A DNA stretch of 64,000 nt from Escherichia phage FL20. The DNA is taken from sequence record PP400781; one strand, given 5' to 3'. Shown piece by piece: positions 38,712 through 48,001 of the stretch. The translations under genes were made by a program, and so were the position numbers. The stretch's first letter is position 1. The number at the start of each line of letters is the position of its first letter. The notes under the pieces were generated by a model. It searched no databases and was not told the DNA's origin. It worked only from the letters and a program-made list of their open reading frames with translations.

Positions 38712-40206
38712 CGAATACCTCTTTTACTGTATTTGCAGTGGTCTTGTCGTAGCGAATACGTTTGATGATTGGGAGAAATAAAGAGAACTCCGGTTCATCT
38801 TCTTTACGTGATTTGCTGCGGATATACCCGTTGCATGTCATCTCAATGACTTTTCCAATCAGGTTATGACGGTCAGACCATAACATTTCTCTGTCAAGTT
38901 CATTTCGACGGTCAAACGGAATCACACGTTCAATACCATCATCGCCTTTTTCGGTTGTGGTGTCGGTCAATCCCGATCCGGTGTTAGTCATCATTCGTCC
39001 GCACGCACTACGGACAGTAAAACCTCCTACCTTATTAGGATCTTTACTATGCGGATATACATCAACAATTTCCGCGTCGAAGTCAATCACTTCTTTAAAT
39101 TTAACCTGATCTTTACTGCGACGATCTTCAAATACACCATGTAAATTTTTAAGGATAATACCTTCTAAGCCCATGTTTACATAGCGATGATATACTTCGC
39201 GAGCTTCATCGATATTGTTAACTACAGTATTTTCGATTATCTGAACACGAGGATCGTTAAGTTCTTCAACAATCTGTTTTAGTTCTTCGAATCGATCTTT
39301 ATATTGCTTCGTTGCTTTCTCGTTTCCGTAATACACATCACGGTCGATAACATCCCAGACAGTGTAAACAATACATTGGGCTTCTTCTTTTGGAATAGTT
39401 CCTTTCAGTGATTTGTTGAGGATACCATTTCCGGTCTGACGGTCTGCAACAACGGATTCTTTTACTGCTTCCGCTACTGGCGTTAATGGCATTTCCTCTT
39501 CTTCAAATATCCATGACAGAGTACCATCATAAACGCTTTCAACGAAGTTCTGCGCTGGTGTTTGCGAAAGGGTAGGCATATATACCAATTCGCCATCTAG
39601 AACAATTCCACGGCCTCGTAGACGCTCTAAAACCGCAAACAAATCATCAAGTCCCTGATAGGTATTACCTGAGCGGGTATAGATTGCTAATGTTTCCCCG
39701 TCAATATCAGCCATACCACGAGCGCCATCGCTTTTAAGTTGTGCATACGCCGGATACTTGATATTAGCAATAGTCTTATCAGAACATGACGATGCAAGGT
39801 GACACGGTTGCTGGGGGATCAGTTTCTTCCATACCTTGTTTGCAGTGGTAGCGGAACAACCACATTCCAGATCACGATTCAGAACCATCATTGCAACTTT
39901 AGCATCATCTTCTGACAAGCAAGTCAGAGTATCGGTAACTAGCTGTAATGCTGCGTTACCAGTTACTTGACGCGTGGCAAGTTTATTTTTAAAGACCTGT
40001 AATGCACCGGATAAAGACAATACAGACGAATAGCGAGATGGTTTATCGTATTTCTTTACGCCAAACGTAACCTGTTTGCAATATGCCAGATAAAAGCATT
40101 CTTTCAGTGTTTCATTGCTTGCAGATTCTTTCAGGATCTTTTCTTTCAGCGATGTTTTGTCGGTCGCTGCAAGCTGGTTAATGATATTAAGAATTGACAT
40201 TTTCAC
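38704..40206 (-). CDS. 30: ATP-dependent DNA ligase gp30
   Basis: 500 aa; blocks LATRQVTGNAA, LKSDGARGMA (KxDG adenylation motif), VLDGELVY match T4 DNA ligase. Confidence 0.93.
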   Translation of the reverse strand: MKMSILNIINQLAATDKTSLKEKILKESASNETLKECFYLAYCKQVTFGVKKYDKPSRYSSVLSLSGALQVFKNKLATRQVTGNAALQLVTDTLTCLSEDDAKVAMMVLNRDLECGCSATTANKVWKKLIPQQPCHLASSCSDKTIANIKYPAYAQLKSDGARGMADIDGETLAIYTRSGNTYQGLDDLFAVLERLRGRGIVLDGELVYMPTLSQTPAQNFVESVYDGTLSWIFEEEEMPLTPVAEAVKESVVADRQTGNGILNKSLKGTIPKEEAQCIVYTVWDVIDRDVYYGNEKATKQYKDRFEELKQIVEELNDPRVQIIENTVVNNIDEAREVYHRYVNMGLEGIILKNLHGVFEDRRSKDQVKFKEVIDFDAEIVDVYPHSKDPNKVGGFTVRSACGRMMTNTGSGLTDTTTEKGDDGIERVIPFDRRNELDREMLWSDRHNLIGKVIEMTCNGYIRSKSRKEDEPEFSLFLPIIKRIRYDKTTANTVKEVFDV

Positions 40207-40666
40207 CTCGTTTTGTTAAACGTTCACGAATATCATTGAGGATACTACAAAATTCCGATTCAGTCAATATAGTCTTTAACGGATCAGTTCCACCTATGCT
40301 ATGACGCAATTTCTTATTTCCGGTAGAGAGTAATGCTTTACAAAATTCTGGGTTATTCCGTGCCATCGTAACAAATGCCAGATGTACCAGTCTGTAATAA
40401 TGCTCACTCATTCGATGAATAGGGCGACCCTGAAAATATAACATGTGATTCTCAATCTTTTCAGTTCTTCCGGTTCTTTTTGCTTTGCCACCGTGCATCA
40501 AAAAGATTTCTCTTTGTCTCTGAGGGTTCTTAAATCTTAGCCCCTGTAAAAATCCTTCTGTGCTGTTAATATCGCAACCAAATAGACGGAATGGTCTTTT
40601 ATTGAAGTTACTCAATTCACCCGATGGATAAGGTCCACCCGCATAGATATCAATTTCAGAAGTCAT
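40187..40666 (-). CDS. NADAR-like (YbiA/DUF1768 family) protein, candidate ADP-ribose hydrolase
   Basis: 159 aa; N-terminal LSNF and STEGFLQGLRF align with YbiA FSNF and TSEHYFQAQKF; C-terminal ALLSTG...GGTD; remembered-motif match only. Confidence 0.5.
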   Translation of the reverse strand: MTSEIDIYAGGPYPSGELSNFNKRPFRLFGCDINSTEGFLQGLRFKNPQRQREIFLMHGGKAKRTGRTEKIENHMLYFQGRPIHRMSEHYYRLVHLAFVTMARNNPEFCKALLSTGNKKLRHSIGGTDPLKTILTESEFCSILNDIRERLTKRGENVNS

Positions 40667-40820
40667 TGAAACTAATCTCGCTAATCATAGAGAACGGATC
40701 ATAATCGTCATGAGGAATATCGATAGTAATCGAATGAGGATTTACCCATACACCAAACTGGTCTTCTTCGGCGAATACTTCGGTATGGATTTCGTGGATG
40801 TTTACATTCATAGTTTTCAT
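40656..40820 (-). CDS. small hypothetical protein (about 54 aa; approximate)
   Basis: ATG with RBS AAGGA; stop overlaps the NADAR-like start. Confidence 0.3.
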   Translation of the reverse strand: MKTMNVNIHEIHTEVFAEEDQFGVWVNPHSITIDIPHDDYDPFSMISEISFNDF

Positions 40821-40902
40821 AATAAAATTCCTTAATAATCAATAACTTACAAAATCATATAGCCAAAATATAGGCGGGATTATTACCCGCCGTTTAAAAT
40901 CA

Positions 40903-41226
40903 TTAACCGTAAACTACCACAATATTCTGTTTGTGTGTTACAGTCCATTTCAGGTCGATCTCTTCTTCCTTCTTAACGCCGTTAATAACGTCTGGATGAG
41001 GAACTTTATTAAGTTTCCCATGAGGAAGCAACACAGTCTTGCCCAGCAATTCTTTATCAACGTTATCGCCGATATCAATAATCTTACCGACTAAAGGAAT
41101 CTCTCCCATAGTTCGTTTTTGCTCGATGATAATACCAAAATCGCTCTTTACTTCGGTCCCTGCGCTTTCCGCTTTAGCTTCAATGATCACATAGTCACCA
41201 AGTGCTTTAGGAGTTTTAACGGTCAT
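40903..41226 (-). CDS. 31: co-chaperonin gp31 (GroES-like)
   Basis: 107 aa; GroES-like size; synteny between ligase region and cd. Confidence 0.8.
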   Translation of the reverse strand: MTVKTPKALGDYVIIEAKAESAGTEVKSDFGIIIEQKRTMGEIPLVGKIIDIGDNVDKELLGKTVLLPHGKLNKVPHPDVINGVKKEEEIDLKWTVTHKQNIVVVYG

Positions 41227-41262
41227 AATTTTCTTACCTCTTCAATTCATCTCAATAATAAA

Positions 41263-41881
41263 TTATTTATATTTCGCGACCTTTGGATTTCGCCGCAGAC
41301 CGGAATGTATTTGCGCTATACAACAATAAGAAACATTAAACATATCAGCTATAATTTGCTTCTTAACTTTTCCTTTAAGCCGCATTATTTCTTCGACTTG
41401 CGCATTTGTCAGTTTTGCCCGTGAGTGGTTTTCACCGACATTGTTATTGAGTCCAGTTATAAATGAATGTCTCATATTTTCTAGTAAGGTTACTATTTCT
41501 AGATTCCACACAAAATTGCAGGTTTTTACACCATTGATGTGATTAACCTCAAGTCCGGTAAACGTCTCCTAGAAATGCATTTGCTACAAGTCGATGTATC
41601 TTTTCGGCTTTAACTGAGATTTTACCATTGTCTTTTTGTTTTGACAATGTTGAATAATAATATCCATATCGGTCTAAAATTGGTTTTATTATTTTACCAG
41701 CACGTTTTTGTTGTACGAGCTTAATATTACCGGGAGAAACTTCTCTATAAAATTCGATACTTCGGTCAATAGATCTCAATCTACCATAATTAGAGATTTC
41801 ATACCACGGATAACCTACAGCTTGTCTCCATTCTTCCGGCGCTGGTAATATGATATTATCATCTTTTGTTTCCATTGTCAA
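41263..41881 (-). pseudogene. HNH homing endonuclease (NUMOD4 + HNH_3 type) disrupted by a frameshift
   Basis: N-terminal ORF 41549-41881 carries the NUMOD4-like motif WRQAVGYPWYEISNYGRLRSI and ends ...HRLVANAFLGDVYRT*; the HNH motif LEVNHINGVKT...NLEIVT...ENMRH continues in another frame (track ORF 41263-41511 begins with an alternative start). Confidence 0.65.
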
Positions 41882-42204
41882 CTGCCACCGTACATTTCGA
41901 CGATCTGCGCTGGAGTCAGCCCGTCTACATTAATCAGACTATCAAGCCCAAAACTACGAAAACCTTCAACTGCAATTTCATATACTGGCAAAGATGTTTC
42001 TGATTCTTTACGCGGTTTTTCAACATTCGGAACTAACCACTTTTCGTATGTTTCGAAAGGCATCAGTGCCGGATCTCTCGTGGCGATCATCTCGCGGACA
42101 GTACCATCTTTCTTAGTAAACTGCAAAGAGTGAGTACCGACCGAAAACATTTTCTTTAGTGCTTCACGAAGTGCGATATTATCAATTTGTTCAGTCATTA
42201 TCAA
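41878..42204 (-). CDS. hypothetical protein (108 aa)
   Basis: ORF coupled to neighbours. Confidence 0.5.
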   Translation of the reverse strand: MIMTEQIDNIALREALKKMFSVGTHSLQFTKKDGTVREMIATRDPALMPFETYEKWLVPNVEKPRKESETSLPVYEIAVEGFRSFGLDSLINVDGLTPAQIVEMYGGS

Positions 42205-42697
42205 TACCCTTCAAATCAGTCAATAATGCTTTTGGAATACGCGTGATCGTAATATCTGCATTATTCAGAATATCAGCCCAATCACGCCCACCATTTCGAT
42301 CATATGTGTCGCAATAGTATAGATGTTTAATTCCACTGTTTGCAATTGCTTTAGCGCAATCTGGACATGGTGAAGCAGTACACCACATACTAGCCCCTTC
42401 AATCGATACACCGCTACGGGCAGCAAACAAAATAGCATTTAATTCAGCGTGGATCTCGTTTTTCTGTGACCATGCACTATGTTCTGGTCGTTTTTCTGGG
42501 ATCATTTTGCCGTCATCATCCAGCCAGCCGTTTTTATGTGCATGACAGCTACAATTTACTTGCCCTGCTGGAGTTCCGTTAAATCCAGTAGAAATGATTC
42601 GCCCGTCTTTTTCGATCAGTGCGCCTACCTTCCACGAAACACATTTAGAGTTCTTTGCGATCAGATAGGCGATCTGCATGTAAGTTTGTGACAACAT
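42191..42697 (-). CDS. cd: dCMP deaminase
   Basis: 168 aa; zinc-binding deaminase signature HAELNAI and PCPDC; synteny. Confidence 0.9.
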   Translation of the reverse strand: MLSQTYMQIAYLIAKNSKCVSWKVGALIEKDGRIISTGFNGTPAGQVNCSCHAHKNGWLDDDGKMIPEKRPEHSAWSQKNEIHAELNAILFAARSGVSIEGASMWCTASPCPDCAKAIANSGIKHLYYCDTYDRNGGRDWADILNNADITITRIPKALLTDLKGIDND

Positions 42698-42718
42698 AAT
42701 ATAATCCTCACATATTAA

Positions 42719-42922
42719 TTAACCGTATACGCGAAAGTATTCTACTGATCCGTCGCTATACTGTTTTACATTGAATGTATTCACACCACGGTCATTGCTC
42801 ATAATGACATACACACTTCGACGCTCGTCCACAAACGGGTTAACTGGTGCTGGTTCAATCTCAACATTAAAACCACGTTTAGCAAGTGCTTCGCCTAATT
42901 GCTTGAGTTTATCGGTAAACAT
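42719..42922 (-). CDS. hypothetical protein (67 aa)
   Basis: ORF between pseT and cd. Confidence 0.5.
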   Translation of the reverse strand: MFTDKLKQLGEALAKRGFNVEIEPAPVNPFVDERRSVYVIMSNDRGVNTFNVKQYSDGSVEYFRVYG

Positions 42923-43821
42923 TAAAAGTCTCCGTAGTTAACCTGAAAACATTCTACGCCAATTGAGCGGTACATGTCAACCACTTGATCACGGTCATCT
43001 ACCGCCAAAACAACATGATAACGTGGTGCAATTTCAGAGAAGAAAATCTCTTTCTTTACTTCATGGTCTGGACGTCGATCATTAGTTTCACGCTGGAAGT
43101 GATCGCTAGGTTCAATACCATGTTCACGCAGCCATTGCAGAGTATCTTCTTCGCAAACATCCTCACGCCCTGAGCATGTAATGATACGATAACCATTATC
43201 ACGATACAGTTTAAGCATTTCGATCACTTGCGGACGCGGTTTATCTTCTTTGACCTTTGTCCAGTCAAACGGATGACGACCGCCCTTATCCGCTAATGTC
43301 CCATCAATATCAAAGATCACTGCCTTTGGCAGCATGGTATTCGGTTTGTATACTTCTTGACCCATATATTCCTGCATCAGATAAAATTGGTTACGCAAAT
43401 GAGAAAGTGGAATTGCTTTCTCGCCTCGATAGAAATTACGTTTCTTTAGTGTCTCAAATGATTCATTGAACACTTGTTCAGTATACACCGCGTTAAATTC
43501 TTTTGCAAGTTCTTTGTAGAATACACGATGTTTTTCTTTCAGGTTAGTATCAGAGATAATGATACTCAATCCGCGTGATAGAGTCTCACGAGCAATCATT
43601 CTCTGAATAGACTCTACCAGCTTTTCTTTTTCCTTAGTATACTTGTATTTCAAATGTGAGTCAACACCAAACAACATAAGACGAAGATCATCGCGATTCA
43701 CATTACGATAATTACTAAACCGTTTACATGTTTCCATAGCCCATGTAGTTTTACCGGACCCAGAACAACCAACGGTTAAAATCACTTCACATTTCGGCAT
43801 TATTTCTCCTTCGGTTTGCAC
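42922..43821 (-). CDS. pseT: polynucleotide kinase / 3'-phosphatase
   Basis: 299 aa; P-loop VGCSGSGKTT, NRDD, HAD motif VIFDIDGTLA and C-terminal VDDR; colinear with T4 Pnk. Confidence 0.93.
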   Translation of the reverse strand: MQTEGEIMPKCEVILTVGCSGSGKTTWAMETCKRFSNYRNVNRDDLRLMLFGVDSHLKYKYTKEKEKLVESIQRMIARETLSRGLSIIISDTNLKEKHRVFYKELAKEFNAVYTEQVFNESFETLKKRNFYRGEKAIPLSHLRNQFYLMQEYMGQEVYKPNTMLPKAVIFDIDGTLADKGGRHPFDWTKVKEDKPRPQVIEMLKLYRDNGYRIITCSGREDVCEEDTLQWLREHGIEPSDHFQRETNDRRPDHEVKKEIFFSEIAPRYHVVLAVDDRDQVVDMYRSIGVECFQVNYGDF

Positions 43822-44252
43822 CGTTCCTCATTAAGTTCTTTTCGATAATAACACATGATCAACTTACTTTCAAGTGTATATCTCTTAATATCCGCAAGCC
43901 AGACTCTGAATTTTTGGGAGTCCTCCCACGACATAGAAACTCTAGGTTTACCGTCTATTGTATCCACTTTCAGGTCAATGTCAACTTTTTCTATTGGTGC
44001 TGGTAGTGGAGGATGTAATTTCGGTTCCTGTGAATAATGGTCCATTGTACACGAAGAAAGAGCAAATACAATAGGCACAGCGAAGACATGGATTATGGCG
44101 GTCTGAAAATTCTTATGTGCTTCCTTAAACAACCAGTGTATCACGAAAATTGAAAACACCATCAGGATAATAATGCTTGCACCTATCCCCAGATAATCAA
44201 CCAGATTAAAATTGCTTATCTGCTCTTGCGTAGGCAATATTTCTATGCTCAT
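43800..44252 (-). CDS. membrane/lipoprotein, candidate o-spanin (start uncertain)
   Basis: Hydrophobic segment then lipobox-like ALSSC and a Pro-rich linker; position matches T4 pseT.2. Confidence 0.35.
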   Translation of the reverse strand: MSIEILPTQEQISNFNLVDYLGIGASIIILMVFSIFVIHWLFKEAHKNFQTAIIHVFAVPIVFALSSCTMDHYSQEPKLHPPLPAPIEKVDIDLKVDTIDGKPRVSMSWEDSQKFRVWLADIKRYTLESKLIMCYYRKELNEERCKPKEK

Positions 44253-44572
44253 TTAGTAGCCTCCTTTAATTCTTCGGTAAACTCCTTAAATGAATCATTA
44301 AGCTGTTTCTCTACCAACTTGGGTTTTTGTGCTACTACATAGCCTCGTGTAGCGTCTTTCATTGCTTTGTTTTGTTCTTCTGCAAACTTAGTTCTTATTC
44401 CGTACATCTCCTTTTGTAGTGAGTCTACGACCTTCATCTTTTCATCTGTCTTTTTCTTATACTCTGTAAATTCCTGATTTAATCGGTCCACCTCCTTTTT
44501 ATTTTCCCACCACATATTGCCACCTACCCCCAGCAACACAGATATGATAACAATGTATATCAGCTTTGACAT
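44249..44572 (-). CDS. candidate i-spanin (N-terminal TM plus coiled-coil)
   Basis: Track ORF 44249-44623; from Met18 (MSKLIYIVIISVLLGVGG...) 107 aa; position matches T4 pseT.3. Confidence 0.45.
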   Translation of the reverse strand: MSKLIYIVIISVLLGVGGNMWWENKKEVDRLNQEFTEYKKKTDEKMKVVDSLQKEMYGIRTKFAEEQNKAMKDATRGYVVAQKPKLVEKQLNDSFKEFTEELKEATK

Positions 44573-44587
44573 ATTACCCCCAACGAC

Positions 44588-44612
44588 AAAAGGCGGGGAA
44601 CTAGCCCCGCTT
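44588..44612 (-). terminator. rho-independent terminator after rnlA (approximate)
   Basis: Stem gcggggctag/ccccgcc-like hairpin followed by T-tract on minus strand. Confidence 0.55.
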
Positions 44613-44616
44613 ATTA

Positions 44617-45786
44617 TTACCAATCAATCTTATCAGCCGGAATCAGTTTCTTATAATTCCGTAGATAGTAAGTTTTCATTGAAGCCAGAATACGGTCATA
44701 ATCAAGACCATCAAATGCAATCATCAGACACATGAAAATATATGATTGTGCATCACCATGTTTACGTGATTCGATAGTCGCATTGGATGCATATGTCTTT
44801 CTGTCTTCTCCCGCGTGTGCGTTATAAAATTCTGTTGCTGTCGTAAAGGCATTGCGAAGAATGGACCTGAATGCTTCCTCGAATAGCTCAATTCGTTCCA
44901 GTGCTTCCGGTTCTCCTTCATATGCAGCACGCAAATCATCGGTTTCGCTTTCTACGACATAGTAGATCAGGTTATTAGGAAACATAGATGTGTTTTTAAT
45001 GTTATGCACACCAATATACCATTCACTCTTCACCTTGAACATTTGACCGTCTTTAGTGCGTGCAACAATTCCTTCGATACCTTCTGCGGTCCGAACTTCA
45101 TCAAGAATATTGCTAAAACGCGCTGAATCAACCTGTAACGCATTTACCAGATGAGGACGTAGGATTGCGTCAGCAAATAGCATTTGATGCGGTACGTACT
45201 CTCCTGTGACGTTATGGCGTACATTCAGAAGTGTTAGCGACGGTTCAGAATATTCTACAACAATTCGGTTGCTGGGTGCTGTATATTCAAAGTTGAAAGT
45301 ATAATCAGACCCAATATCAGCAATCTTAGCGCGTAGATCCGCATACTTCTCTGAATACAGAAGACCGTTTGCTCTCTCTGCCTGGCTTGAGTACAAGGCC
45401 GCTTTAGACTTCAACTGAACATAGCCGTTATCAATGTAGGTGCTTACTAGACTACCGTCCATTTTGTCCATGACCATTTCCACATCTTCCGACTTAAAGC
45501 GAGCGCGATCATTCTCGCCTAAATTAAAAAACTTCTCCATAGGACGAGATGCAATGCGGACCGGACGACCTTTATCGTCAATTTCAAACATGATCCCGCG
45601 ACACTCTAACGCATCTGGTTTATTCCACATTTCCGGTTTGCTCAAGTACAGATAACTAAAAATGCGCATACGGGTTTGCATCGCCGTAATTTCATCTTTG
45701 TAATAGAACGTATCAGATCCGTCACATAGTGCCATCAGATTTTTGAACAATGCTAAAACTTTTTTGTTGTTTTCTTTTGTTGACAT
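44617..45786 (-). CDS. rnlA: RNA ligase 1
   Basis: 389 aa; blocks ALECRGIMFE, RIASRPMEKFFNL, KMDGSLVS (nucleotidyl-lysine motif), GKDRKTYA match T4 Rnl1. Confidence 0.93.
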   Translation of the reverse strand: MSTKENNKKVLALFKNLMALCDGSDTFYYKDEITAMQTRMRIFSYLYLSKPEMWNKPDALECRGIMFEIDDKGRPVRIASRPMEKFFNLGENDRARFKSEDVEMVMDKMDGSLVSTYIDNGYVQLKSKAALYSSQAERANGLLYSEKYADLRAKIADIGSDYTFNFEYTAPSNRIVVEYSEPSLTLLNVRHNVTGEYVPHQMLFADAILRPHLVNALQVDSARFSNILDEVRTAEGIEGIVARTKDGQMFKVKSEWYIGVHNIKNTSMFPNNLIYYVVESETDDLRAAYEGEPEALERIELFEEAFRSILRNAFTTATEFYNAHAGEDRKTYASNATIESRKHGDAQSYIFMCLMIAFDGLDYDRILASMKTYYLRNYKKLIPADKIDW

Positions 45787-46183
45787 AATTTGTGTTCCAT
45801 TCTGGTTTAAATTTGGTGATCAAAACAGGTTCTTCGATATCGGCAGTGCTTATAATATCCTTACCCGTTGGATTCTCGATGTACAACTCAAAGCACTGTC
45901 GGTAATAGAATGTTACTGTCTTACCTTCCTCTAGCGCCTTATGAATATTCTTACTCTTGCGAGTATCCGCTGTTGGTGTTTGTCTGTTAATGCTAGTCCG
46001 GTAATAATTGATCCGCTTTCTGAGATTGACAGTCTGACCAATGTATACCAGTTCATCATCAACAACAATAGCGTAAAGAACATTTAAACGGTTCTTCTGA
46101 GGCGGCAGAATCACATCACCATCTTTACACTCTAAACATGAATATTTAACGAATCCATAGTTTTCTATTAGCTCATTAATCAT
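45722..46183 (-). CDS. denA: endonuclease II (GIY-YIG family)
   Basis: 153 aa; NVLYAIVVDDELVYIGQTVNLRKRINYYRT aligns with T4 DenA; 3' end overlaps rnlA start by about 65 nt. Confidence 0.88.
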   Translation of the reverse strand: MINELIENYGFVKYSCLECKDGDVILPPQKNRLNVLYAIVVDDELVYIGQTVNLRKRINYYRTSINRQTPTADTRKSKNIHKALEEGKTVTFYYRQCFELYIENPTGKDIISTADIEEPVLITKFKPEWNTNYVNKRKQQKSFSIVQKSDGTM

Positions 46184-46233
46184 TATCCTTTCCTCACGTC
46201 ACAACAAAGGCGGGATTTCTCCCGCCCACCTTA

Positions 46234-46632
46234 TTAACTTTCCAGAATATCGCGAGCTTCGTTACGCTCCTTGATGATTTTCAGGACAAATTCCAGTTTT
46301 TCTTTGTTCAGTGTTCCGTTTTCCATTGCTTCTTTGACGGTAAACACTCCGCCACCTTGCCCGTATACAGTGACAGTGATTTCACCTAACATCGTGGTAT
46401 GAAAACCGCCAATTTTCGGTGATTCGAAAGAAACAATTACCTCGCGAACAGTATTACCGTCGTTGATTTCTGAGAGGGTAATGTCGTTTTTGTAGGCGGT
46501 TGCTTTAACCATACGGATCAGCATAGTCTGATCTGGGGAGATGGTCATTTTGTCCATTGCATGTTGCAATGCAGCGTAACCGAAAACTTTAACGAAGTCC
46601 AGAACATCTTTGCGAGTTTGAAATTTAATCAT
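46234..46632 (-). CDS. hypothetical protein (132 aa), PeSL-driven
   Basis: ORF directly after PeSL copy 11. Confidence 0.55.
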   Translation of the reverse strand: MIKFQTRKDVLDFVKVFGYAALQHAMDKMTISPDQTMLIRMVKATAYKNDITLSEINDGNTVREVIVSFESPKIGGFHTTMLGEITVTVYGQGGGVFTVKEAMENGTLNKEKLEFVLKIIKERNEARDILES

Positions 46633-46702
46633 CTTGGTACTCCTTAGTTGTTTTGGTGTGGGAGTATCTTACTACTCCCGTGATATGCTGTCAACTGCTT
46701 TT
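46633..46702 (-). promoter_or_regulatory. PeSL cassette copy 11
   Basis: Conserved layout; palindrome gggagta...tactccc. Confidence 0.7.
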
Positions 46703-46852
46703 TTATGCAACCGCAAACATCAACATTTGAACATTCTTGGCTGTCTGGCTTTCAAAGTTCTGACATTCTTTGATAATGTCCTCTACTTTCTCGCCGGAGA
46801 TCTCCGCGTAAGTTTCGATTGCCATTTTCAGTACCGAGTCAAAGTTGTTCAT
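46703..46852 (-). CDS. small hypothetical protein (49 aa), PeSL-driven
   Basis: Ends placed via the plus-strand track ORF 46634-46897 frame; RBS GGAGAA; N-terminus MNNFDSVLKM. Confidence 0.45.
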   Translation of the reverse strand: MNNFDSVLKMAIETYAEISGEKVEDIIKECQNFESQTAKNVQMLMFAVA

Positions 46853-46919
46853 TTGATTCTCCTTAAAGTTTATTTCGTTTCGATGGGGGTATATTAATAC
46901 CCCCGTTATTCAGTGTCAA
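46853..46919 (-). promoter_or_regulatory. PeSL cassette copy 12 (palindrome gggggtatat-taataccccc)
   Basis: Conserved layout. Confidence 0.7.
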
Positions 46920-47138
46920 CTACTTTTTAATGACAATTTCGAATTTTGCTACCTTGCGTCCTCGTTTATTGAAAGCAACCCACGGACGGTTTTCAATATA
47001 GAACAATTCTTCGCCAATAATGAATACTGGCTGATTGTAAAGGCGACCCATCAGGTCACGCTGGCGAATGGTAGTAGATTCGTATACTTCGCCTACTACA
47101 AAGTGTTTGCTGATAGAGTCGGTGCAAGTAAATTTCAT
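46920..47138 (-). CDS. hypothetical protein (72 aa), PeSL-driven
   Basis: ORF directly after PeSL copy 13. Confidence 0.55.
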   Translation of the reverse strand: MKFTCTDSISKHFVVGEVYESTTIRQRDLMGRLYNQPVFIIGEELFYIENRPWVAFNKRGRKVAKFEIVIKK

Positions 47139-47207
47139 TTTGATTCTCCTTTGTTTCGTTTCGATGGGAGTATCTTACTACCCCCGTTATTCAGTGTCAA
47201 CTACTTT
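47139..47207 (-). promoter_or_regulatory. PeSL cassette copy 13
   Basis: Conserved layout. Confidence 0.7.
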
Positions 47208-47426
47208 TTACTTGTTGTATTCATTCCACCATTTGGTGAGCTTATCAATTATTTTTGTGTTTCTATCCAACTTCTCCCACCGTTTTCTAGGGTTTATCAA
47301 CCGGAATAGGTAAGGTGTACTTGTTAAGTGAACTCGGTCAATGTAGTGATTGATGTACTGTTTTTCGATTCTAAGTTTCATCTTTTTACGATGAAAATAT
47401 GCAATGACTTGTTCTTCTGTTTCCAT
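47208..47426 (-). CDS. hypothetical protein (72 aa from Met19), PeSL-driven
   Basis: Track ORF 47208-47480; upstream codons are PeSL sequence; RBS GGAGGAACAT before the ATG. Confidence 0.5.
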   Translation of the reverse strand: METEEQVIAYFHRKKMKLRIEKQYINHYIDRVHLTSTPYLFRLINPRKRWEKLDRNTKIIDKLTKWWNEYNK

Positions 47427-47490
47427 ATGTTCCTCCGTTTCGATGTGTATTATGCTATGGCAAGATCCTATTGTCAACACCCAATAACAA
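47427..47490 (-). promoter_or_regulatory. PeSL cassette copy 14
   Basis: Conserved layout. Confidence 0.65.
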
Positions 47491-47513
47491 AAAAGTCGCC
47501 ACTATGGGCGACT
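47488..47513 (-). terminator. rho-independent terminator after the HAD phosphatase gene (approximate)
   Basis: Stem agtcgcc/ggcgact with T-tract on minus strand. Confidence 0.6.
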
Positions 47514-47524
47514 TTGAACAAACA

Positions 47525-48001
47525 TTAATCATGACCGTGATTTGCAATATCCGCTCGCGTCTTATCTTTGTGATTTCCTACGTCAAAGACACGATAACCA
47601 TTTTCACGCAAAACTTTAATCACTTCTGGGTTATCCTCAAAGACTCCGACAACTTCATCTTTATCAAAGGATTTAATTACCTCTAATTTGATGTGATAGT
47701 CTTTACGGGAATCGGTACGGCCTCTCATAAAGATTTTATCAAAACACACCCCGTTAGAAATTAACCAATCAATTGTTTCCATGTAAGCATGTGAACTTCG
47801 TCCGGTGAGGATGTAAATCAAATGCCCGTTGTCGGAAAGAGCATTAATAACACGAATTACATCGTAAATGGGGGAATCTCCCCCACATGCCTTGTTATAT
47901 TCGATCCATGACTCGACTTTATCAAGATTTTCGGTTGGCATCTTTGCTAGTCGATGTGTTGGATCTGTGATCGTAAAATCTAAATCGACAAAATATATCA
48001 T
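47525..48001 (-). CDS. HAD-superfamily phosphatase (related to the Pnk 3'-phosphatase domain)
   Basis: 158 aa; HAD motif I FVDLDFTIT, LTGR, C-terminal acidic motif; coupled to nrdB. Confidence 0.6.
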   Translation of the reverse strand: MIYFVDLDFTITDPTHRLAKMPTENLDKVESWIEYNKACGGDSPIYDVIRVINALSDNGHLIYILTGRSSHAYMETIDWLISNGVCFDKIFMRGRTDSRKDYHIKLEVIKSFDKDEVVGVFEDNPEVIKVLRENGYRVFDVGNHKDKTRADIANHGHD

